From contig JAWXCN010000079.1 in NCBI GenBank assembly GCA_034408725.1, forward strand, positions 1 through 38,321: a stretch of DNA of 38,321 nt, given 5' to 3'. This document shows, in pieces, positions 8,461-18,546 of the stretch (its first letter is position 1; every line of letters starts with the position of its first letter). The notes under the pieces are model-generated. The model was given only the letters and a program-made list of their open reading frames with translations, searched no databases and was not told the origin of the DNA. This DNA is from Candidatus Hydrogenedentota bacterium. GTDB taxonomy: Bacteria > Hydrogenedentota > Hydrogenedentia > Hydrogenedentales > SLHB01. The position numbers and the translations under genes are program-made.

Positions 8461-11400
8461 ATGTTCTCGGCCAATCGTTTTCAGACTATGTACCGCGAAG
8501 CCTTTTTCACGCTCTCCGGAGGACTGGCCGTCCTCGTGCTATTGGCCGCAGGTTGTAGTCCGCAACAAACCGCCCCAGGGCTTCCGCAAACAGACCCCAA
8601 GCCTGTCACCGATCCCGGCGCGCCAATTGCCTCCGAATCAGATGAGGCCTCTACACCACCCCCGGTGGAACCGAAGGATTTGGCCATTGTCGGCACGGTG
8701 CCATTGGAAGGCGATCTGTTGAAAAGCCGTATCACGGTTTTCTTCAACGAAAATATCGTCGTGGACGGAGCGGATAAACCGGACGCGCCTGCACCATTTA
8801 CCATGCAACCCGAATTTGCCGGCACTTTCATGGTCGGACCGAACTATATCGACATCCATTCCACGAAATTCTCGGCAACCGAACCCGTCCAGTTGACCCT
8901 GAGCGAAGCCATCAAGTCGGCGCAAGGCAAGCCTGTTCCCGAAGGAAGCCGGACATTAAACTTTGCACCGTTCCGGTTCGAGGTCCGGCGCATGTGGCAA
9001 CTCGAACAAACCGCGGAACGTGAAGTCATCGGCGTGCTCTTCCCCACTGCTGTAACCGCGGAAGGCGTTCAACAAAGCACTACGGTCAAGGATGCCGACG
9101 GAAATCCCGTGCAGTTTACCGTCGAACCAAGCACGCAACCCGATATCGCGCGCCTCGTTCTTCCGACGGGTATCAAACTCCCCGTGACGATTGTGATTGG
9201 GACGGCGCTGGCGGATACGACCGGCGGCTTTCAGCTTGCGCAGGAATACACGAGCGTCTACCCCGATTTCTCCGATCTGCGATTCACCGAAGTGCGCTGG
9301 TCTGAACGCGAAGCCGACCAACATCGGGTTGCGCTGCGTTTCTCAAAAGCTATCGATCCTGGAAAACTGGATGAATTCCTCACGGTGAAATTGCCAAGTG
9401 GCGCTCCCGTGGAGTATTCCGTGTATTCCGACGGACAAACCGATTGGCCCGAAATCACGCTCACGCTGGACGACGCAAATAATACCGAACTCACGCTCGA
9501 ACTAAAGGCAGGTCTCGAAGGGCTTGAACATACTACGCTTCGCGAAAACACAAGCAAAAAGCTCGCCGCGCGCGCAGTCGAACCCCAGCAAGAATTGCGG
9601 GTGGAGGACGAATACTGGGACTACGGCGAACGCGACGGACTGGCCTTCAGTGTCGGGTTCAACCTGCCGGTCAACGTCCCAAGCATGAAAGACAGCCTTA
9701 CCGTCCAACCTAAACTCGAGAATCTTCGCATCGAACTCGGTTACAACTCGCGCCGGGTCAAGATTTTTGGCGATTGGGATTCGGGCCGTGAATACCGGCT
9801 GCTGTTCGCAAAGGGCATGACCTATGGCCTGGGAGGTAAGACGAACGCGGAGATTGATCATCCAATCGTGGCCGACACCGTCCCACGCTACGTCGGCTTT
9901 GGACAGGACGGAAAGTATTACTTCCCCCGGCGAGATGGATTGGGATTGCCGCTGGAAACCCGCAATGCATCCAAAGTAAAGCTCCGTTTGTTCAGGATGT
10001 TCCCCTCGAATATCGCGGTCGCCGTCGGTGACATGGAGAACGGCAAACCCTGGCGCCAGTTCCTGGATTCCTGGAGCGAGCTGTTGACGCAACAGGATAT
10101 TGACGTAAAGAAGGTCGCGGACCGTTTGGTGTCCACAACTTTGCCCCTGGATACCACTATTCCCCCAGGTAAACTCGGCGTCTTTTGTCTCGCCGCATAC
10201 GATAAAACCCCCGAGGAACCCATTGAAGGTGAAGAGGGATACGAAGGTGAATCGGCAGAATCATACGATTCAGATTCGCATGAGAACGAGTATCCCTCCG
10301 CCACGAAAATCGTGTTGTTCACGAATATCGGGTTGTTGGCCCACTGGTTGGACAACGAACTGGCCGTGTTTGCGCACGACCTTTACTCGCTCGAACCCAA
10401 GGCAATGGCAAAAGTAACCGTATGGTCCGACAAAAATCAGTTGCTCGCGACTGGAAATACGGACGCAAGTGGCGCGGCGAAACTCGGACCATTTGAAACG
10501 CGCATGGGTGTCCCGCGCGTCATTGTGGTCGAAGCCGGCGAGGACAATACCTTCCTGGATTTGGAAGCGCGCAATGACGATACCCGTGAGATTTCGCCGG
10601 ACATGCCGGAATTCGATCGCACGGCTTATGACGCCTTCCTCTATGCCGACCGCGATCTGTATCGTCCCGGCGAAATGGCGTATTTGCGGTGGCTCGTGCG
10701 GAGCAACTATGGCGATGCGCTCGCCAATGTCCCGCTAACATATAGTGTCATTAAGCCGAACGGGCAGGAACTCGCCAGCGGACCAACAACCTTGTCCGCA
10801 AATGGCGGCGGTGGACTCGATCTCGCCACGGAAAAGGAATATCCCACCGGTAAATACATCGTGAAGTTGATGGTGCCGGGAAGCGAAAAAGCTATCGGCT
10901 CGTATGCCTTTAATCTCGAAGAATTCGTCCCCAATACGATGAAGGCTACGCTCGCAATTGCGGAGTCAATGTGGCTCTCCGGCCAACCATACACAATCAA
11001 ACTCAACGCGCAACACTTGTTCGGCGCGGCGGCATCCGAACGCACCGCCGAAGCGCGGATTGTGCTCAAACCCGCGGTGTACCGGCCTGAAAAATGGAAG
11101 GGCTATACGTTCGGCAACGACGTAACACAAAACCCGGAAGTAATCTCCACGGGCGAAGTCCAGACCAACGCCACCGGAGACGCGTCGTTTCCATTCGAAT
11201 ACACCGCTCCGGCAACTATTACGTATCCCCTTAGCGCGTTGGTCATCGGCCGCGTCTTTGAACTCGGCGGGCGCGCCGTAGCTGATACAAAGGAAGTTAC
11301 GCTCCTTCCCTCGCCGATTAGTCTGGGGTTAAGCGTCGGCACGGGAGACAGCGGAACAGGTATTGTGGTCAATGTCGCCGCGATCACACCCGAAGAATCG

Positions 11401-14319
11401 CCCGCGAACCTCGCGACGGTAAAAGTCACCCTGGAAAAACAGGTGTGGAACTATTACGTCCGCCGCTTCTACAACTACCATGAATCGAATTGGTCGGAAT
11501 CGTTCGAGCCTACCGAAACGCGCGAGGTAACGCTCGCCAATGGTGCCGGCTCGGTATCATTCAACATCTCCGGTTATGGGTATTACCGCGTCCGCGTCCA
11601 TTCAGACAAAACACCGCAGTTCAGCACCCAGTCGTTTTACTCGTACGGCGGCCAACCACAGTTGGTGGACGCCGCACGGCCCAGCCTCATCAAACTCACG
11701 GCGGACAAGCCGCGATACACCGTTGGCGAACAGGCAATCATTCGTGTGGAAGCGCCGTTCGACGGAAAAGGTTTTGTTGTGGTGCAAGGCCAGGAAATTC
11801 AAAGCATCATGCCCGTCGAAATCGTCAATGGCGTCGGTTCGGTGTCACTCCCGATCGGAAAAGATCAATATCCGAACGTATGGGTTGAAGCAACCGTTGT
11901 GCATGCCATTAAAGATGGACAAAGCCAGGTATATCCATTTTCAAGTTTCGCGCTGGCGTCCCTCGAAGTTGATGATCCCGCGCGTACCATTGCAGTGACG
12001 TTCCCGGCGTTGCCAGAAGAAATCCCGCCCATGTCCGATGCGCAGTTCACCGTCGAGACCCGGGACCCCGCCGGCAATCCGCTGCCCGTCGAGGTAACGC
12101 TCGCAGCAGTGGACGAAGGTATTCATGGGATCACCAGCTATGAAAGCCCGGATCCCATTGCGTATCTCAGCCGTGCGCGCCGCCCCGATTACCGCCGCGC
12201 GCATTACTACGACAAGGTCGCTTACGACTTCGAGAAAACGCAGATCGGCGGCGATCTGGACGCGCTAATGGCCAAGAGGGCCGCGTCCGTGGACGAAAAC
12301 TGGATTCGGCCTGTTGCGCTTTGGTCCGGTGTCGTACAAACAGACGCAAATGGACGCGCGACGGTAACAATGAAAGTACCGGAATACAGCGGCCAGCTCC
12401 GGCTCGTCGCGGTGGCGGCGTCTGCGCAAGCTACGGGCGCGCAAACGGGCAATGTCTATGTTCGCCGGCCGTTCACGTTGCGCACGAGTATGCCGCGATT
12501 CCTGCTGCCCGGCGATAAGGCCTCGTGCCGCGCAACGGTCCACAACAATACTGACGCCACGGCGGTGTGTGCCGTAAGTTGGACGGTCGAGGGAACGCTC
12601 GAACCAATGTCGGGCACGAAGGAAGTCGACGTTCCGGCGCATGGCGAAGCCAGCGTCCTTGTCGATTTCGGAGCGGCGCAAACCATTGGCCAAGGCGCTA
12701 TTCAATGGTACGCCGTTTTGAAAGACGCCTCCGGTACGGAAGTAGAGAAGCTCGCGCAGCATGCTCCCGTTCCCGTGCGCGCTCCCGCGGCGTTTCAATC
12801 GCACCACGAATTAACTGTCTTGAAACCTAGTGATTCCACAACTGTAAAGAATGCGGTTTTCGTCGATGACGCACGCACCGAGATCGAAATCGTATTGGGA
12901 GCTTCTCCGGTGTTGCGCGTGTTTGACGCGCTTAAGCACGTCATCGGTTATCCCTATGGCTGCATCGAACAAACCACGTCACGATTGATGCCCATGTATC
13001 TGCTCAAGCAGAACTCGGACCTCGTGGAACAACAGCTCGAGAAGGAGCAGAACCTTGAGGCATTTATACAGACCGGCATCAAACGCTTATTCTCGATGCA
13101 AACCGATTCTGGCGGTCTGGGCTTCTGGCCAGGCGCGCAAACACCATACGACTATGGCTCCGTTTACGCCCTGCACTTCCTCACGCTCGTGAAGAATGGC
13201 CGTGACTTCGAGTTGCCGGAAGAGAACTTCGCGCAGTTGCAAAATTATGCAAAGAAAGTCTCGCGAGACTGGTCGAATAGCAACGAATCCGCACTCTATC
13301 TGCGCGCCTACGCCGTATACGTTCTCGCCCTCGGCGGCGACGGCGAAGCCTTGCAGCAAATCCAGCGCTTTGACACGGTAAGCATTCCGCGCGCTGCCCG
13401 CTTCCTCCTTGCCGCGGCACTCGCGATCAATGGCAACGATGCTGACCGCGTGAAACTGTATCTGTCGAGTGCGCCTTCGACCCCATTTACGATTACGGAA
13501 CCGGACGGCACCCTAAACTCCGAAATTCGAAACGTTGCGGTCGAGCTGCTTGCCCTCCAACAGATCAATGGCGATGCCGCGCAGATGTCAGAGAAAGCGG
13601 ACCAGTTGACAGCGTTTCTTACCAAGCAGCGCCACGGAACAACGCAGGAAACCGCGTTCATTTGCGCCGCGCTGATCGGCTACCTTAATGCTATCGCAAT
13701 CGATGCCGGAAAAGCCGGCGCGTCTATCGATGCTCCGCAGGGCAAATCGGAATTGAAAGGCATCGAGATGTACAAAGGTTTCCACGCCGGACCGAACGGC
13801 GCGTTCACGATCTTGAACACCGGCGCCGCGCCCTTGTACCTAAATGCCACCACGCGCGGCGTTCCTGCGACGCCGGATACCTCCGCAATCGCTGAAGGAA
13901 TCGAAGTAACCCGCGCAACACATGCGGAAAATGGCGATGTGTACGCACAGACCACGTTTACACAGGCCGAGAGCTATATCATCGGTGTCCAGCTTGTTTG
14001 CGACAGGCCTGTGAAGAATCTCATCGTGGCCGATCTCATTCCCGCGGGCTTCGAGATTCAGAATCCGCGCCTGGAAGCGGATGCCGTCCCGTCTGCCGCA
14101 CTAAAAGGCGCGGTTACGCCGAGCTATCTCGAAGTGCGCGATGATCGCCTCGTCGCCGCGTTCGATTCGCTCGACGCCGGGAAGCACATGTTCTATTACC
14201 TCGTGCGCGCGGTGACGCCAGGACATTACACCTACCCCGCTGTCACCGCCGAGTGTATGTACGATGCCAGCGTTCGCGGGCGCGGTGTACCCTCGGAGAT
14301 CGACGTAACCGCAAAATAA
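8461..14319 (+). CDS. yfhM: Bacterial alpha-2-macroglobulin lipoprotein (YfhM-like)
   Basis: Lipobox LAAGC; DRDLYRPGE; LAAVDEGI; thioester motif YPYGCIEQ (CIEQ 12961-12972); DLIPAGFEIQNP; EVRDDR; RAVTPG; adjacent to pbpC. Start at 8461 or 8488. Confidence 0.95.
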   Translation: MFSANRFQTMYREAFFTLSGGLAVLVLLAAGCSPQQTAPGLPQTDPKPVTDPGAPIASESDEASTPPPVEPKDLAIVGTVPLEGDLLKSRITVFFNENIVVDGADKPDAPAPFTMQPEFAGTFMVGPNYIDIHSTKFSATEPVQLTLSEAIKSAQGKPVPEGSRTLNFAPFRFEVRRMWQLEQTAEREVIGVLFPTAVTAEGVQQSTTVKDADGNPVQFTVEPSTQPDIARLVLPTGIKLPVTIVIGTALADTTGGFQLAQEYTSVYPDFSDLRFTEVRWSEREADQHRVALRFSKAIDPGKLDEFLTVKLPSGAPVEYSVYSDGQTDWPEITLTLDDANNTELTLELKAGLEGLEHTTLRENTSKKLAARAVEPQQELRVEDEYWDYGERDGLAFSVGFNLPVNVPSMKDSLTVQPKLENLRIELGYNSRRVKIFGDWDSGREYRLLFAKGMTYGLGGKTNAEIDHPIVADTVPRYVGFGQDGKYYFPRRDGLGLPLETRNASKVKLRLFRMFPSNIAVAVGDMENGKPWRQFLDSWSELLTQQDIDVKKVADRLVSTTLPLDTTIPPGKLGVFCLAAYDKTPEEPIEGEEGYEGESAESYDSDSHENEYPSATKIVLFTNIGLLAHWLDNELAVFAHDLYSLEPKAMAKVTVWSDKNQLLATGNTDASGAAKLGPFETRMGVPRVIVVEAGEDNTFLDLEARNDDTREISPDMPEFDRTAYDAFLYADRDLYRPGEMAYLRWLVRSNYGDALANVPLTYSVIKPNGQELASGPTTLSANGGGGLDLATEKEYPTGKYIVKLMVPGSEKAIGSYAFNLEEFVPNTMKATLAIAESMWLSGQPYTIKLNAQHLFGAAASERTAEARIVLKPAVYRPEKWKGYTFGNDVTQNPEVISTGEVQTNATGDASFPFEYTAPATITYPLSALVIGRVFELGGRAVADTKEVTLLPSPISLGLSVGTGDSGTGIVVNVAAITPEESPANLATVKVTLEKQVWNYYVRRFYNYHESNWSESFEPTETREVTLANGAGSVSFNISGYGYYRVRVHSDKTPQFSTQSFYSYGGQPQLVDAARPSLIKLTADKPRYTVGEQAIIRVEAPFDGKGFVVVQGQEIQSIMPVEIVNGVGSVSLPIGKDQYPNVWVEATVVHAIKDGQSQVYPFSSFALASLEVDDPARTIAVTFPALPEEIPPMSDAQFTVETRDPAGNPLPVEVTLAAVDEGIHGITSYESPDPIAYLSRARRPDYRRAHYYDKVAYDFEKTQIGGDLDALMAKRAASVDENWIRPVALWSGVVQTDANGRATVTMKVPEYSGQLRLVAVAASAQATGAQTGNVYVRRPFTLRTSMPRFLLPGDKASCRATVHNNTDATAVCAVSWTVEGTLEPMSGTKEVDVPAHGEASVLVDFGAAQTIGQGAIQWYAVLKDASGTEVEKLAQHAPVPVRAPAAFQSHHELTVLKPSDSTTVKNAVFVDDARTEIEIVLGASPVLRVFDALKHVIGYPYGCIEQTTSRLMPMYLLKQNSDLVEQQLEKEQNLEAFIQTGIKRLFSMQTDSGGLGFWPGAQTPYDYGSVYALHFLTLVKNGRDFELPEENFAQLQNYAKKVSRDWSNSNESALYLRAYAVYVLALGGDGEALQQIQRFDTVSIPRAARFLLAAALAINGNDADRVKLYLSSAPSTPFTITEPDGTLNSEIRNVAVELLALQQINGDAAQMSEKADQLTAFLTKQRHGTTQETAFICAALIGYLNAIAIDAGKAGASIDAPQGKSELKGIEMYKGFHAGPNGAFTILNTGAAPLYLNATTRGVPATPDTSAIAEGIEVTRATHAENGDVYAQTTFTQAESYIIGVQLVCDRPVKNLIVADLIPAGFEIQNPRLEADAVPSAALKGAVTPSYLEVRDDRLVAAFDSLDAGKHMFYYLVRAVTPGHYTYPAVTAECMYDASVRGRGVPSEIDVTAK

Positions 14320-14325
14320 ACCGCA

Positions 14326-16911
14326 ATGCGTAACCAAATAGCACATATAATCGCCCGTGCATTTCAATCCCGAATGGGATTGCGTCGCGGATGCACAATT
14401 CAATCCCGAACGGGATTGCAGCGCACAGCCCAGGGTTGCGGCGCGGCCAGCGACGCGAGAACTTCCCACCACTGCGTGCCACAATCAGGTGAACTACAAT
14501 CCCGAACGGGATTGCAACGCGCAGCCCAGGGTTGCGGCGCGGCCAGCGACGCTACCCTGGGTAAAGCCATCACCCCACACACGGCAACCCCGAACGGGGT
14601 TGAAGCAGTCCCAGGCCGATACCCTCGCCGCTTTCTACATGCCTGTTGGCGACAAAAAATTCCGCTCGCGTGTTGCGCGGCGTTCTGCGTCGTGCTGTTC
14701 GTTCTCGGACTCGCATGGCCGATGGACACAACCCGATACCTCACCGTCCAAGCCTCCTCGGAATTGCTCGATCGCGAAGGCAAACTCATCTACGCATACC
14801 TCAACACCGGCGAACAATGGCAATTCCACCGACCCCTCGCCGAGATCAGCCCCTACCTCGTCAACGCCACTATCGCCGTCGAAGACCAACGCTTCTGGTC
14901 CCACCACGGCGTCGATCCCATCGCCATCGCGCGCGCAGCCACGCAAAATATTCGCAAGGCCCGCGTCCATTCGGGCGCATCGACCATAACCATGCAAGTG
15001 GTCAAACAGTCGGACTCCGGTAGCCGCTCGCCCGTCGATAAAGCACGACAGGCGTGGCAGGCGCTACGCCTCGAGTTGCGCGCGGAGAAATCTACAATCC
15101 TTGAAACATATCTCAATAGCGCGCCGTATGGATTGAACCTGATCGGTTGCGAATCAGCCTCGCGGCGGTATTTTGGAAAGCCGTCGAGCGAACTCACGTT
15201 AGGAGAAGCTGCGCTACTTGCAGGTTTGCCAAAATCTCCCGTTGGCTATATGCCGCTGCGCTATCCAAAAGCCGCACGGCAACGCCGCACACAGGTGTTG
15301 GATCGTATGCGCGATAAAGGCTTCATTTCAGCCGGCGACTATACGCGCGCGAACGCTGAACCCGTCGGGGCTTCCTGGCACGACTACCCGCAGCTTGCGC
15401 CGCATCTCGCCATGCGGCTCGCCAGCACGCTGCCGCCCGCACGCCGTACCGTAACGACGGTGGACGCCGCGTTGCAGTCGAATGCTGAACAGTTACTGAC
15501 CGAATCTCTCAAACAATTCGACAACGACGTCACCAATGCCGCCGCCATCGTCATTGACGTTCCAACGGCGCGGGTGCTCGCGCGCGTGGGCTCTACGAAC
15601 TTTTACAACACCCCCGGTGGCGGCCAGGTCGACGCAACCCGCGCGCCGCGTTCGCCCGGGTCCGCACTAAAACCATTCACCTACGCACTGGCATTGGATC
15701 AGAATCTGCTCTACGCGAGCGAAATGTTGCTGGACGACTCGCTCGACTACGGCCTGTACAATCCCGAAAACTATGACGGCAAATATCGTGGCGTCGTGTC
15801 AGCGTCGTATGCATTGCGCCGCTCGTTGAACGTACCATCCGTCATCGTGCTCGAGCGTCTCGGTTACGCGAACATGCACCGGTTTCTGCTCACCAGCGGG
15901 CTCACCACACTCGCAAAACCTCCGGAGTATTACGGACTCGGCCTTACCCTTGGCAATTGCGAAGTCAGACTAGACCAACTCGGCGCGGCGTATTGCATGA
16001 TTGCCAACCTCGGGGAATACCGGCCCCTGACAGAATTCGACTCCCCGCTGCCCGCTCCGCGCCGCCTGTTATCACGCGGCGCATGTCTGTCGCTGTACGA
16101 AATGCTTGAACAGGAATTCCCCGAAGAATTCCAACGCGATATCGTCAGTGCGCAAGGATACAAACCCCGAGTGTGCTGGAAAACGGGTACTTCAACTGGC
16201 AACCACGACGCGTGGTCGTTCGTATTCAATCGCCACTATGTCGTCGGCGTCTGGCTCGGCAATAACGATGGGCGCGGCTCGAAATTCCTCGTCGGCGCGC
16301 GCGCTGCCCTTCCGCTCGCGGAACGTCTGTTTCGATCACTGCCAAAAACATCTGAACCGGATTGGCCAGGTGGCATAAACGATATGCGCGTAGCAACGGT
16401 GTGCGCGGACAGCGGCCTGCCCGCATCGCAGTTCTGCGCGCACAAATCTTCCGTCCGCGTCGCGGTGGATCAGTTCCTCAATCGCCGGTGCGACGTACAC
16501 TACCCGCAAACAGCGTTGACATCCGGCATCATGCAACGCTGGCCCGCGACCGCGCATGGCTGGGACCTCGCGCGCGTCGATGTTCCTATCAACTTGCATC
16601 CCGATCAAAATACGCGGAAAACCGGTTTGCGCATTCTCACCCCGGCGAACAGCAGCGAATTTGTGATGACGTATGAAGCGAATGCGGATCGCTTGCGGGT
16701 GCGCGCCTCCGCCGATGGCGCGATGGACATTAACTGGTATCTCGATGGGCATTACCTCGGCGCGTCGGGCCCCGGCAAAAATCTCTTTCTCAATCTCACC
16801 GAAGGCGCGCATACCCTCACCTGCATGGGCCCCGGCGGAGAAACGGATTCGGTCTCGTTCATCGTCGCCGCCCCAACAAATACCCCCCACTTCAAAACCG
16901 CCTCCAGGTGA
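14326..16911 (+). CDS. pbpC: Penicillin-binding protein 1C
   Basis: TM anchor; transglycosylase EDQRF, GASTITMQ, YLNSAPYG; transpeptidase SALK, SLN, KTGT; C-terminal WYLDG domain; follows alpha-2-macroglobulin. Start uncertain because the first ~95 codons are repeat-derived. Confidence 0.93.
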   Translation: MRNQIAHIIARAFQSRMGLRRGCTIQSRTGLQRTAQGCGAASDARTSHHCVPQSGELQSRTGLQRAAQGCGAASDATLGKAITPHTATPNGVEAVPGRYPRRFLHACWRQKIPLACCAAFCVVLFVLGLAWPMDTTRYLTVQASSELLDREGKLIYAYLNTGEQWQFHRPLAEISPYLVNATIAVEDQRFWSHHGVDPIAIARAATQNIRKARVHSGASTITMQVVKQSDSGSRSPVDKARQAWQALRLELRAEKSTILETYLNSAPYGLNLIGCESASRRYFGKPSSELTLGEAALLAGLPKSPVGYMPLRYPKAARQRRTQVLDRMRDKGFISAGDYTRANAEPVGASWHDYPQLAPHLAMRLASTLPPARRTVTTVDAALQSNAEQLLTESLKQFDNDVTNAAAIVIDVPTARVLARVGSTNFYNTPGGGQVDATRAPRSPGSALKPFTYALALDQNLLYASEMLLDDSLDYGLYNPENYDGKYRGVVSASYALRRSLNVPSVIVLERLGYANMHRFLLTSGLTTLAKPPEYYGLGLTLGNCEVRLDQLGAAYCMIANLGEYRPLTEFDSPLPAPRRLLSRGACLSLYEMLEQEFPEEFQRDIVSAQGYKPRVCWKTGTSTGNHDAWSFVFNRHYVVGVWLGNNDGRGSKFLVGARAALPLAERLFRSLPKTSEPDWPGGINDMRVATVCADSGLPASQFCAHKSSVRVAVDQFLNRRCDVHYPQTALTSGIMQRWPATAHGWDLARVDVPINLHPDQNTRKTGLRILTPANSSEFVMTYEANADRLRVRASADGAMDINWYLDGHYLGASGPGKNLFLNLTEGAHTLTCMGPGGETDSVSFIVAAPTNTPHFKTASR
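14365..14602. repeat. Cluster of REP-like palindromes with a 56-bp direct repeat
   Basis: Hairpins CAATCCC-GAAY-GGGATTG at 14365, 14401 and 14497, and CAACCCC-GAAC-GGGGTTG at 14585; 14401-14456 matches 14497-14552 with 2 mismatches; inverted pair CCCAGGGT..ACCCTGGG. Confidence 0.9.
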
Positions 16912-16980
16912 ACCAAAGCCTTCTCCTTTTCCCGGCGCTAATGCTCGTGCTACTTCAAAATAACCAGCTGCATTACGGAA

Positions 16981-17096
16981 CTCGTGCTCGTGCTCGTGCT
17001 CGTGCTCGTCATCGTAATCGCTAATCGCTAATCGAAAATCCTGCATTGGAGGACCAATAAGAGAACGAAATAAGATTACGATTATGAGCACGATTA
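16981..17096. repeat. Hexamer tandem repeat (CTCGTG)n-(ATCGTA)n with an inverted degenerate partner
   Basis: (CTCGTG)4 CTCGTC ATCGTA (ATCGCTA)2 ATCG at 16981-17034; reverse-complement-like GATTACGATTATGAGCACGATTA at 17074-17096. Confidence 0.85.
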
Positions 17097-17180
17097 ATTT
17101 CGAATCACCATTCCCCAATCTCCTCCCGTCCCCTTATCCCCTTCGCATTCCACGAAAAATGCCACCCCACCCCGCCGATT

Positions 17181-17189
17181 TGCTATACT
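17181..17189 (+). promoter_or_regulatory. Extended -10 promoter of rimO (near-leaderless)
   Basis: TGCTATACT ends 10 nt before ATG 17200; no SD in between. Confidence 0.6.
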
Positions 17190-17199
17190 CTCCAGTTCT

Positions 17200-18546
17200 A
17201 TGCGAGTTGGTTTGTTTACATTGGGCTGCGACAAGAACACCGTCGACAACGAGTATCTCGCGGGGATGCTCGAAGGCAAAGGGTGTGAAGTCGCGTTTAT
17301 CGAAGACATCGAGGGCGATCACCCCTACGATGCCGTTGTCGTCACCACGTGCGGCTTCATCGCTGACGCCAAAAAACAGTCCGTTGACACGCTGTTCGAG
17401 TTCACCGAACGTAAAAGGGAAACCGGCCAGCCAGGCAAGGTCTACGCGGCAGGCTGTCTTGCCCAACGCTATGCGGATGATTTGGCAAAGGAACTGCCCA
17501 ACCTAGACGGCATGGTCGGCGTCGGACAGTACGAACGCCTGACCGAAATGATCCTCGACGGCGCACCCGCTCCCGTCCGCGACGTCCGCGAAGTACCCCG
17601 CTTCGAAATCGAACAGTTCATGCGCCGCAAACGCATCGATAACAAACCCTATTCGTTTCTAAAAATCTCCGACGGCTGCAACCACGGTTGCACCTTCTGC
17701 TCCATTCCTTTAATGAAAGGACGCCATACCTCGGTCCCTATCGACGTCTTGCTGGAAGAAGCCAAGTCGCTGCTCACGCAAGGCGTGAGGGAGTTCATCC
17801 TTGTTGCCCAGGACCTTGCCGACTACGGTCGCGACAAGGGCCGCGAATTCCGTCTGCACGATCTTCTCCGCCGCTTGTGCGCGCTCGAAGGCGATTTCTG
17901 GGTTCGCTGCATGTATGTCTACCCCATGGGCGTCACCGACGAATTCCTCGAACTCATGGCCACCGAACCCAAGCTTGTACCTTATATAGACGTTCCGTTG
18001 CAGCATCTCGACACCGATGTGTTGCGCAAGATGAACCGCCCATCAAAAGATGTGAATACACACAAACTCATTGAAAAAATTCGGGCTCGCGTGCCGAATG
18101 TCGCACTGCGCACCACGATGATCGTCGGGTTCCCCGGCGAAACACGCCTCGCGCATCTCAACATGTTGCAAAGCATGCGCGAACTCCGGTTCAACTGGCT
18201 CGGCGCATTCCAATATTCGATCGAAGAAGGTACACCCGCGGGCAGCATGGCCGCGCAGCTTAGCCGTGCCACCAAGCAACGCCGTTGGCAAGCCACGATG
18301 GCACTCCAGTCTGAGATCACCGCGGAATGGAACCGCCAACGCGTCGGCACGGAAACGCGCGTCCTGATTGAATCATTCGATAGCGATCGCAATGAATGGG
18401 TCGGACGAAGCCCCTACGAAGCCCCTGAAATCGACGGCAGCATCTACGTCGAATCGTCGACTCCGCTGCGTATCGGCGAGTTCTACGACGTCGAAATCAC
18501 AAGTGCAGAACTCTATGACCTCGACGCGCGCATCGTCAATACCTGA
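17200..18546 (+). CDS. rimO: Ribosomal protein S12 methylthiotransferase RimO
   Basis: LGCDKNTVD; TCGFI; GCLAQRY; radical SAM LKISDGCNHGCTFCSIP; YIDVPLQH; TTMIVGFPGET; APEIDG TRAM domain. Confidence 0.95.
   Translation: MRVGLFTLGCDKNTVDNEYLAGMLEGKGCEVAFIEDIEGDHPYDAVVVTTCGFIADAKKQSVDTLFEFTERKRETGQPGKVYAAGCLAQRYADDLAKELPNLDGMVGVGQYERLTEMILDGAPAPVRDVREVPRFEIEQFMRRKRIDNKPYSFLKISDGCNHGCTFCSIPLMKGRHTSVPIDVLLEEAKSLLTQGVREFILVAQDLADYGRDKGREFRLHDLLRRLCALEGDFWVRCMYVYPMGVTDEFLELMATEPKLVPYIDVPLQHLDTDVLRKMNRPSKDVNTHKLIEKIRARVPNVALRTTMIVGFPGETRLAHLNMLQSMRELRFNWLGAFQYSIEEGTPAGSMAAQLSRATKQRRWQATMALQSEITAEWNRQRVGTETRVLIESFDSDRNEWVGRSPYEAPEIDGSIYVESSTPLRIGEFYDVEITSAELYDLDARIVNT

Noticed and set aside
14365..14602. 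Possible mini-CRISPR array
   Set aside because: Irregular spacing (36, 96 and 88 nt), duplicated sequence between hairpins, and no cas genes or leader; fits REP-like repeats.
8461..16911. Alpha-2-macroglobulin plus pbpC as a novel defence system
   Set aside because: Well-described conserved pair; only the repeat insertion is unusual.
16336..17118. 260-aa minus-strand ORF containing DYDDEHEHEHEHE, a possible metal-binding protein
   Set aside because: The tract is the translation of the hexamer repeat and the rest is antisense to pbpC.
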